A stretch of DNA of 64,000 nt. Source: a virus (lineage: Duplodnaviria; Caudoviricetes). The position numbers and the translations under genes are program-made. The notes below the pieces were generated by a model. The model did no database searches and had not been told where the DNA came from. It saw nothing but the letters and a program-made list of their open reading frames with translations. Positions within the stretch are counted from its first letter, which is position 1. Each line of letters starts with the position of its first letter. The DNA is taken from positions 1,441 to 65,440 of IMG/VR virus record IMGVR_UViG_3300009130_000028. One strand, given 5' to 3'. Below, piece by piece: positions 30,100 to 42,000 of this stretch.

Positions 30100-33000
30100 A
30101 TGGCAGAAGAGGATGTTAAAAACATAAGGTCTATTTATGACGAGAACGTCGGAAGCTCTCCTAGTATTGCATCTGAAGGCTCTGGTGTAACTCCCGACCT
30201 TGTGTCTGGTGGAGACACTGAGTTTAGCCAAGCCGATATAGATGCTGCAAAAAAAATATTAGCAGATAACAATACATCAGCAGAGTCAGTTCTAAATACT
30301 ATGGGTCAACAATCTTTTAGGATTGGAGAGGCTCCATTAGGTGTTACTATGGCTATAGAACAGCCAGAGCTTACTAGACCATACTTTTCATATAAGGGTA
30401 GCGTTGGAGAGGATTTGGCTGCTTCTATTTGGAATGGAGGCGTGGTAAGGACTACTGCTGGGATTAAAATGTTTGTTCCTTCTGTGGCAAAAGCCTTTGG
30501 CGCTGGAGAGTGGGCTGATGACTGGATAAATGAGGCGGTAGAATGGAATAGGCATAGCCAGGCATCAATATCTGATGCTGGTAAGGAAGATTTCTTTGAT
30601 ACGTTTACTGCTAATGCTTTTGCAGCAGGATTTGGTCAGGGGCTAGGTTCTGTCTTGCCTATTTTTGCAGCAGCAGGGCTTACAGCAGCTACAGGTGGTG
30701 TTGCAGGGGTTGTTGGGGGTTTTGGTTATAGTTCAGCAGCAGCAGCAACAGGAGCAACGGCATGGGGAATGGGTTCTGCGGCAGCAACAGCAGCGGCAGG
30801 AACTACAGCTACAGTTACAGCAGCCTCTTTAAATATGCTTCCAGGTCTTATGGAAGAAGGATTGCAAAATGGCTTAACACATCAAGAAGCGTCTAGGGTG
30901 GCTTTAACTATAGCTCCTATTGTTGGGGCTATGGAAAAAGTAGGTCTTGATTATGTTGTGAAGGCAGGAACAAAATCTCTTAGTGGCTCTATAGCTAGAG
31001 AAGCATACAAGAAATCATTAAACAAGATTGGTAAAGAAGGTCTTACTGGAAATCAGTTTGGAAGATTTGCTACTAATATGTTTCAAGAGATAAGTGAAGC
31101 ATATGCCAAAAAAGGAGGTGGCTTTAAGGCTGCATCCCAAGTGATGAAGGAAGAACTTAAGATGTATGGTAAAGCTGTAGGCTTTTCTGCATTAGAAGGT
31201 TCTGGAATAGAATTCTTACAGGAAACATCTCAGTCTTTGGTAGAGACTGTAGGCAAGCAGATGTATGATATGGCTTTTGCTGATGCAGAGGCTACTAAAG
31301 GAAAAGGAAAGTTTGGTGCTGATATTAAATCAAAGGAAACTTGGACTAGAGCATTAAAAGAAGGATTTTATGGCGGTCTTGTTGGTGCATCTATTGCTGG
31401 TGCAGGAAGAGCAGGAACGGGATGGCAAAGACAAACTATACTAGATGCTTTAGATAGCGCAAAGAGAGAAGGTAGAGGGAGCTTTGATAGAGTTCTTAAA
31501 AACATACATAGGTCTGTTGCTGAGTCAGATAATGATACTGCTGTCAAGAATAGTCTTAATGACATGGTTGATGAGATGGCAGAGATGGTTGGTAATGCTG
31601 AATTACAAACTGTTACTGACAATAAAGCCAGAATGCAGATACTTCAATTTGGATTATTGTCTAAAAACCTTTCAGAAAAGATAGATGATATAGCCATAAA
31701 GAATGTTGTTCCTGAAGCCATATCTGATATTAATAAGCTAAAAGTCACCCGACTTGCTGAAAGGCAAGAAGGAATCAAAAAGGCAGTAGCAGAAACATAT
31801 GAGACAGGGATACCATATGATGAAAAGCAAGATAAGTATAATATTTTTGGAGACCAAGAAGCTAGGGATGTGGCAGCGGCAGAAAAAATTATTGCCGATT
31901 CCGATTTAACGGAAGATGAAGATAAAAGAATACTAGAGTTCCAAGAGAGAACGGGTATTACTCCAGAATACCTGGATGAATATATTGATGTTCCAAAGCC
32001 TGTAGAGACAACTATCGCTAGAGTTGAGAATGGTATTCCTACAGATATTAATGCAGTGCAAAATGCATCTAATTATTTATATGGTGCAGTTAAAAGAATT
32101 CAGGCTGCAAGGAAGAGTGATACTAGAACCTTGACAACTGAGCAATTAGACTCAATGGAAGAACAGTTGGGTGAACAAATAACTAAACTTGAAAATTATG
32201 TCACAGAATTCAAAACAGGAGAACAAAAGGTATCTAAGCCTAAGGAACAGGCTGAGATTAGCAAGCCTCCCCAAAAAGGAAAGGGAAGAGCTGACCAACG
32301 AACTGCAACAGAACTGGGCGAACAAGACCAAGCCCCAAACTGGAAATCTTTAATTGAGGAATCAGTATCAGAGAAAGAGCTTAATGCGGTACAAGACCAA
32401 ATAGCAAAAGCAAGAGAGCAGGGAGACATTTCTCTTGATGATGATATAGAGTATACGGATGCCATTGCTATTAAAAGAAAATCTTTTCCTCCTTCTCCAG
32501 AAGCTCAACCAGAAGCCGAACCAGAGATAGAGCAAGAAGAAGTATTAGATAAGGGAATTAGAAAAGCTTTTAAGGATGTTGGCAAGGATGCAGATGAAAG
32601 CTTAATTGGCAAAATAAAGAACTTTATTAAGGGTAAGCTTGTTGGAAAAAAAGCCAAGATAAACACAGATAAGGATGGTGAAGCAGAAATAGTAAAAGAT
32701 AAAGGAGATAAGGTATTGTTAGCTGATGGTAGAACGGTTAACAAAACTAGCTTAGAACCAGCAGGAAGAAAGAAAGGTAGACCTTATGAGCCTACTAAAG
32801 AAGATGTGGAGGAAATAGATAAACCAAAACAACCAACAGCTCCTGCAAAGGAAGTTACTGATACTGACTTAGATGAATTTTTTGCTGAAAAGGCTAAAGA
32901 TTACAAAGATGCTACTTCTATATTAAGAGACGTAAAAGAGCATTTCAAGAAAGAAGAAATTACTGATGCTGACCTAGATAAGTTCTTTAAAGAAAAAGCT

Positions 33001-36000
33001 AAAGACTATAAAGATGCTACTTCTGTATTAAAGAATGTAAAAGAACATTTGAAAAAAGAAAAAGAAGTTACTGATGCTGATTTAGATAAGTTCTTTGATG
33101 AGAAAGCCAAGGATTACAAAGATGCTTCCTCTATACTAAAAGATGTAAAAGAACACTTCAGGAAAGAAAAAGAGATTACTGATGCTGATTTAGATGAATT
33201 TTTTGCGGAGAAAGCCAAGGATTATAAAGATGCTACTTCTGCAATAAAAGATGTAAAAGAGCATTTTAGGAAAGAAAAAGAAAAACAGGAAGAGAAAGGA
33301 ACTGTATCTGAAACTCAAGATATATTTGATGAATTATCTAAAGAATATGACAAAACTATAGATGAGGTTAACAAAAGGTCAGATAAAAATGGAGATGGTC
33401 AATTAGAGATAAAATTTGATTCAAGAACTGGATATTCAGAATCAATATCCTCTAATCCTGAGTTTTATCATAAGATGGTATCACACCTAAATAAGCTATT
33501 TCCAAAGCTTACAATTAGTCATTTTTCTAAAATTATAGGTGAGAGAGGGGTAGAAATACTAGGCGATATCAAAGGCTTTGATGTTAGGATAAGTGAAAAT
33601 AAAGCCACACAAGACACAGTAGTTCATGAGATAGGACATAAATATGTTCCATTCATAGCTGGTGAAAAACTATATCACGAAGGTCTTAACTTAATAAAAG
33701 ATACGGATTACTATAAGGATGCACAAGAGTTATATCCAGATAAGACATCTGCAGAGCAAGCGGAAGAGGCTCTTATGAATATGGTTGCTACTACAACTGT
33801 AGAGGAATTAAAAGTTAAACTTGGAGAAGGCAAGGTTAATCTTTTGCGAAAGGCTCTTCAATGGTTAAAAAGATATTGGAATAAGATTAGAAATACTTTT
33901 TCTAAAACCAGGAATATAGATACAATTGTTAAGGAAATATCTTTAGATATTGCTCTTAGAGACACTCCTGTTGATGTCGATGGAGTTTTAATAAAAAACA
34001 ATAGAGAATCTAGGCTTAAAGGTGTAGAAGAAGAAGCAGGAAAAAAGCTTGGTGCTTTAAGGTCGGGATACATGAATGCTGCAATTTCTTTAATTGGGTC
34101 AAATAAGAAACTTACAAGAGAGCAGATTAAAAGAGAACTTATACTAAACATGCTGTCTTCTTGGGTTAATGGTTATCGAGCTAATGTTAAATCCAAAACT
34201 CAAGAGCAGAAGTTTACGGAAGCCAAAAATTTTATTACAAAGAACAATTCGATTTTAGAAAAATATACTGATAATCTGTATTCAAAAATAGGAATGAATA
34301 TATCTCCAGATGATTTGATTGCCCATTTAAGAGATATGGATACTGCTTCTCAGAATAGTTCACTAGATTATGACAATACTCTTGAGGACACTCAGTACTT
34401 TTTAAGTGAAAGCTCAGAGATAGACCCTAAGCTGGCTTCTGTTTTAAGTCTGTTTACGGATAAGGATGGAAATACAATACCTCCCCATAGAACATATAAT
34501 ATTGCCATATATAATAATATGAAGTCTAAGTCTCCTTCTGATTGGATGAGTAATCTTAGAAAGTTCATAAAGAAAGAAGGTTCTTTTGACAAGGGGAGTG
34601 ACCATGCCTATGCTACAAACATATTCTCCATATTAAACTCTATGAGCAATACAAGGAGAACGGAGATTATAAGGGGTCTTTTTTCATTAAGGTCTAACCC
34701 ATCAATTTGGATTGAACAGTCATTCAATCCATCTGAGGGCAGTATTGCTTTGCATGATAGAAGTACAAGAAATCCTGTAAATAAGACAAGGATAAAAAAA
34801 GCTATAGTTAGGCGCTCTAGACAAAAGGTAAGAGATGCAATAATATCCGCCATGTCAACCACATCGAAGACGTCAAGTGATATTATCAAGGAAAGAATAA
34901 AAAAGATATCAGAGATAGAATCATTGTCAAGGGAACTTAAGGCAAAAAATCTTTCTAGTGTAAAAAGATTTGAGATGCTAAATAAGCTGCAATCTTTAAC
35001 AAAAATACTTTCTGGATATAATATAAGATATGAGTGGTTTAGCGGTTCAATAGATTCCGCTACTGCTGCACTTCTTGAGAAGCCCCTTTACTTAAAAGGC
35101 AATAAAAAATATTTGAATTTTGTTGATGCTCTTGCTAATCAGGAAAGGACATTTTGGAGACTATATGATGCAAAACAAAAAAATGAAGTCATAGATTTAA
35201 ACAAGATATTAGATAATTATGCTTCAGATACAGACAGACTTTCACAAGCTCTTTTTGGTCCTAACCCTAGCCAATCTGAAATAAAATTATATAGTGATAT
35301 CGATAAGGCTTCTAAAAGATTAGACGCTTCGATACATGAAGCATCTGGAAATATAGCATCTTCCTCTTCTTCCAGTACAACAGGACCAGATGCAATGGGA
35401 AGACAAAATCCAAACCATAGAGTAGGTGGGTTCCTTCATGATATAGCAAGGAAAGTAAATATATCTACGAAATATAATTCTGGACTTAAAAATAATCCAG
35501 TATTTAATTTGGATACAAATATCCTTAAGGAAAATGCTGTAAAAGCAGGAAATAAATTATTAAGTCAAGATTCGCCAGCAAGAGCACTTAATAAAACTTT
35601 TTCTTCCATAAGGGAAGACATTGTTTCGCTATGGAAAAGCAATGAAGGGCTTGTAAATACCGTTGCTATAGACAATGCTTTTGTGTCAAGACAAGGAACC
35701 AAAGATTATTCTATTCAAGAGCAAAAAGATTATGATAGCTTTACTACTGCATTATCAGGGTTCTATCAGTTTATAAGCAATCCTTCAAGTAAAAATTATT
35801 ATCAGTCTGCAGGAATTCTGTCCTCTAGAGAGCATAACTTCTTAATTAAGATGCCAAAAATAGAGAATAAGGATTATAGAACAGAAGCAGGGAAAAAGTT
35901 TACAAGGCATCAAGTTATTTTAGCTGGTATAGAACTAAGCTTAACTCCAGAGCAGAGGAAAAATCTTAATGAAGTTGTTCCAACTATAAAGAAAGCTGAA

Positions 36001-39000
36001 AGCGATATTAGGTGGTTTATGAACAAGTATTATAAATATACAAAAGACAACAACATTAAAAGTATTAAAGGGATAAAGGATGCCGATATTGAAAATAGTA
36101 TTAGGGAATATGTTTATAATGATGCTATTAACAGATGGGTTATTTCTAATCTTATTGTCGGAGACCTAACTAAGTTTTCAGAATCTGGAAAAGGTGTTGC
36201 GGAAATACTTAAAAGACAAGGAGGAACCGTCTCTCCTAGAGAAGAGGTAGGTCTTGGAAAACCTCTTAATGTTGTTGTTCTTGAAGACTTCTACTTAACT
36301 AAGGATGGAGAGATATATCAGGGAGAACAAAGGTCTAAAGATGATACAAATGTATCTGATTCTCAGACATATGAAAATGATTACATTTCTTCAAAAATAA
36401 GAGAGACAGCACTAAAAGATATGGGATACACCCATAAGGTTATCTACAATAATGTTACTGGGGAGGGAGAGTTTACTTATATCAAACAATCATCCAGGTC
36501 TTTTGAAAATCTAGATTCTGATGCTGTGAGAAATATAAATGATTCTGTTTCTGCAAAGATTGCTAAGTTTCTTAAAAAGAAAAATAAATTTGGCGAACCT
36601 ATATTTGGAAATAAGCCAGTACAAGTTGTTTTTAAAAGCGCCTTAAAATCTCCGCTAAAAAAAGGATTGAAAACCTATATGGTAGATGAGCTTTCTGAGA
36701 AAAGCGATATATCAGAGGGAGACTTGGTTCTTGAGGATTCTGGATTTGGGGTTCAGCTTAACTTAAGTAAGGATGCTACTTCCCCAGACGCTACAATAGC
36801 ATTATCAACACAAATGTCTAAAGGGCTTACTGCTTATCATCCCGAATCTAAAGAGATGAACAGAAAATGGGAGTCTCTGGTAGCTAAGAGGATGAAGGAG
36901 CAAATGAAGGATAGCTTATCCAAGGGAGACCGTATTGCTAATCCAAAAGATGCTCTTAATAAAATTCAAGATTCCACTGGGGCTAATTTTGGAACATTAG
37001 GTTCTAGAATAGCATCGTATCTGAAAGAAAAGTTTAACAATGGACTGTTTACTAATGAATCAAGGCTAGGTCATTATGATTTATCTGAAAAGATGGAGAA
37101 TTTTATGGCTTCACTTTATAATAATAATGTTCTTAAGATAAGAGTTAGGGGTGCAGAACTTGTTCAGGAAGCTGATTTGTCAGGAGAGCTAAAAGACCAG
37201 TTTGACGAGGTATCTGTTGAAGAGATTAATAAGTTTGGTTTAAAGAAAGAGCATTATTATGAGGATAATGGAAAGAATATCTTAAAGGTATCGTTAGCAA
37301 GAGTTCCCCAGGGATTTGCCAGAAAAGGAGATAGGCTTGTTGGATGGAGGATTCCTGATTCTGGACCTGTCACAGAAAGTGCAGCTATAGTTGTTGGGTA
37401 TACACCTAAAGATAGCAGTTCTGTTCAGTTAGGTGCAAAATGGATAAGAAGGTCTGATTCAGATTTTGATGGAGACCAGTTTTTTGCATGGAAGGATACT
37501 AAGCAGAAGAAAAGGGCAACAGAGTCAGAGATGTTTAATTTTGCTTTTGACATGTTCTCCCATCCAAATAGAAGGGGCGCTGTCGAGAAAGATTTAGATG
37601 TAGCGAGTATAGGCAAAAAGGGAGGAACATTAGACGGTATCTACAAAAAGCTAGGTAAAAAAAGAGAAGGCATTGGAGATGTGTCTACCTTAAAGGGGTT
37701 TAGTGAAATGAAGTCTAGGATAAAGGATGCTACACATATGATTGACTATTTTGCTGTAACTACTAAAATGCTTAATGTATTTGAGTTAAATGATATGTCT
37801 TTAGCTAAGCCTATCTCTATTTTTGGGAAAAATAAGTCTAAACTTACTAATGAAAATCTTAATGATGCAGCAAGGGCTTTGCAGTTAATGATAGATAATC
37901 CAAATCATCTTATTGCCCATGAGACAGGGATAACAAGCAAGAATGCAAATGTGGCTTCTGTTTTCTTGATGTCTGGATTCACTTTAGACGAGATGATGCA
38001 TTTTATGCTAACTGACCCCGTAATAGAACTGACTAAGAGGTTAGGTGATGTGAATTATTCCGATAAATCTTCTAGCACAATAATTGCCGAGATGAAAGAA
38101 GAGTTTAAAGACGAGATGACAAAGGTAAATATTATGGATGGAACACAGAAATCGTGGGAATCTATATTAAACGAATATAGCAATGCTTTAAATGTTTCTT
38201 ACAATCTTAAGAATGCAAGGACTATTGTTCAGATGGACAAGAATATGCCCAAAAACAGAACTGAAGTAGATAATATGGTGAAATCTTTTGAGGGTATTAA
38301 AAATGATAGAATTGTCAAACATGGTAATCTTCAGGATAGTCCTCTTGTTAAGGAGTATAAAACCCTATTAGGTATGTATATGAACGACCTTAATAGCACT
38401 TTTTCCTCCCTATCTGAACCAAAAGTTATGGTAGCTGATGGTCCTTCTAGGTTAAGTCTGGACTCTAGCTTAAAGGCAGGAACAGATAAGATATCAAAAA
38501 AGGCAGACATATCTAAGATTATAGATAGAAACAAAACTATTGCATTGGCTAGAAAAATATTTTTGAATAAAAAATATGAATCTGCAGAAGATGTTAAAAA
38601 TGATTTAAAGAATGCTGTTGAACAAATTTCATTAGCGAAAAGCGTGAATTCTGATAATAGGATATATAACTATCTTGATATAGACACTGATAGCATGACA
38701 ATATCTCCATCTGTTAATCAAAGCATTAAAGATATTGATATGGACCAAGAAGAGACTCTTGATGCTTCTAAGATAGACGAGCTATTTTCTGAGCTTAGTA
38801 CACAAGAGCAAGAGAATTTAATTAAATATTCTGTTTTAAAAGAAGGATTTGTTAGTCGTAGAAATGGGATTACTTCATTTTTAGGTGATTCTGTATTTGA
38901 TAAATACTTTTCTAAGTTAGCAGACAAGGATTATTTAAGTTCAGAAGCAGATGGTGTTTATGATGATATTGCTGTTATGATGAATTCCAATCTATATGAG

Positions 39001-42000
39001 CTTCCTTCAGATACAAGGGGATTATATGGAAGAGATAAAGAAGGCATTGTTGTTGGAGATATTCTAAAGATAGATATAGCTAGCGAGTCTGATACCCCTC
39101 CTATGAAGTATTTTAAAATGAGGGCAAACAATGGAGATGTTTATGTTTACAAAGCAGTTGAGGGAAGAGTAAAGTCTTTTAAGGGAAAGAAGAACATTCC
39201 ATCATATACACTATATCCTATAGCCAATATATCAAATCAGAGCATAAATATTATGCCTGGAACTAGTCTAGATTATTACTCAGCAAATATATCAGATGCT
39301 AAAAATATAGGAATTACTGTTCCAGAATTATCTGTAAAAGAATCTATAGATGAGCTAATACCTGAAAGTGTTGCGGTTAGTGAAAATATGAATGAGAAAA
39401 GAAAGATATTATATCTTCTTAACAATGTAAGCAAAAAAGACACTACAAGCAAGGACAAGCCAGAAGAGGGAGGAACTCCTATAGATGCTAGTTCAGGTTT
39501 TGAATTTCAAAAAACCGACGAATCGTCTACTGTATCTCATAGAAAGATACGCTCAACTATGCATAGGTTAGCTTCTAAGCATGGCATTCAATATGAAATA
39601 ATTAACGACCCTTCTCTTAAGGGGGTTGCAGGATTTTATAATAGAGCAACAGGAACTGCAACAATTAATCTTGCCTACGTAAAAGAAGATACTCCATTTC
39701 ACGAAATATCTCATCCATTTATTAGTGCTATAAAAGAAAGCAATCCTAAGCTATACAAGTCACTAGCAAGTGAAATTAAGAACACTCCCACTGGAAAAGC
39801 CACTTTAGACAGAGTCCTTAAAAATAATCCCGAATTAAGCAAGGATGAAGACAGAGCCACCGAAGAAGCTATTGTAGAGCTTCTAGGGAGGCTTTCTACA
39901 ATTTCCGACACTGGACTACTAAATCAGCTTAGAAGGCTCTTAAAATCAATCGCAAGGGCTATCAAGGCATTATTCACTGGAAAGATGTCAGCCAAACTTC
40001 CTGGGGAGATTAATCCAAATATGACTATAGCAGCTTTATCGGAAGCTATTGTTGATGGAGATATAACTCTTGATAAGGAGATGGATGTCAAATCTAAAAA
40101 CTTCATAAGAAAAAGAATTGATGCAGTAAACAGGATACTTACTAATAATTATCAGATGTATCAGATAACACAAATACTGAATCCTGTTCAGAAAGAAGTG
40201 AGAAAGAATATAAGCGATATTGGGTTTATGACCAATGAAGAGTTTGCTGTTGTTTCAGAAAATCATTTAATGGATGGGTCTTATATCAATAAGTTTAGGA
40301 TTCCAAAAGAGATGGAAGATAAATGGTTGGATAAGGTAAAAGAAAAATATCCTAATGCAGAAGTGTCTCAAAAAGAGATATCTGAATATCCAGGCTATAA
40401 GAAGTATCTTGTAGAACTTAATAATGGAGAGTTTATATCTGTTTATAAGCTTTCTAATGACTCTGCAATAAATGAAGATATAACGAATACATCTAATTTG
40501 TATTTTTCTAAAGATGGTGGAACGCCTACTGGTCCAGAAATGATAATAGATGAAAATGTTTTTGCTGGAGTTCCTCTTGATAAAAATTCAGTAACAACAA
40601 AAGATAGGGCTACTCTAAAGCCAGCAATTCCTATTCTTCAGGAATTTTTTAATGCAATTAAAGATGCTCCGTTTTTGAATGAGATAAGAAATCAAAACCT
40701 ATCTCTTGAAGCTAAGTCTACTGCCTTTTTAAATAAGATTGTTGGAACTAAGCAGGGAGAGAAGGAGGGGAAAAACGCATTTGATATGTTTGTTAAGAAC
40801 TTAACTGATAGATATCAAAAAGCAACAAAATCTAATCTTCCAGATGAGATTAATGTAATCTCTGTTGGAAAGTATTCGCAAATACATGGAATACCTGATG
40901 TGCATAAGAGGATTATAATGGAACTTATGTTAACCAAAGGTGAATTAGATGGAGTTAGCGTGAGAGACAAGAGAGACATGTTTGTTAGTATGTTTAAAGG
41001 TAAGATTCCAAACTTAACTACGGAACAGGCTAATGAGGCAATTGATATTTACGAATCACTGTATGATGCCGCTATTGTTTTGGAATATCTTAATAATACC
41101 TCTGTTAGAGAAGATGTTAATGCTGATGGAGTGCCTGGCATTAAGCAAGGGTATTTTATATCTAGCGATGAGGGAAAACCTTCATATTATAGGGTAGACA
41201 ACATATTGAGGGAGGACACATCTAATAAGATTGGAAAAACGAAAAGAACTAGGGATGCATATCTTTCTAAAAGTAAATGGATGAGGTTCTTTAAGACCCT
41301 TATAGATATCCCTTCTAAGACATTTGATATCCATGGCAAAAAAGTATCTCTTAACTATAAGTACAATATGCTTACTCCGCAAACATTTGCTAAGGTTATA
41401 TTTGGATTAGACAAAGGCATATTCAATTCGGTTCTCTATGATTCTCCAAATAAAGCAGAAGAGAATACCATTTTGTTTAATGAGGGGATGGTTAGGGCTA
41501 TGAAAAAGTCTTTATCTGATGATGTCAAGATACAGGAAAAAAAGTATAGCGAACTTGATAAGTTCTTTTCTGAAGACTCAGATAAAAAGGATGCAGACAA
41601 AAAAAGATATAATTTAAAAGATATAGGTATTACGGGAGACATAGGAGAAAGCTCTTTGACTATTAACCAAATTCTTACAATATATAAGTATTTTAAGCAG
41701 CCAGATGTTATGGAGAGGGCTTTTTATGGAGACAGAAATACTCAAAAAATATATTTTGGAGACACTGATTCTTCTGCAGATGTAAGAGGCGGTAAAGTGA
41801 TAAACAAAAAAACAGGCAAGATTATCTCTAGGTCTCAGTTTGATATAACTCAGCAACAAGCTATTGACTTGGTGGAAAGCATAGATAACTATCAAAATCT
41901 TACAACTCTTAAAAAGGAGCTTCAAAACGTATATGAAATGTCAGATGCTATGGATGCAGCGTATAGTCATGCTCATCCTATGCTTAGCAAAACACACGAA

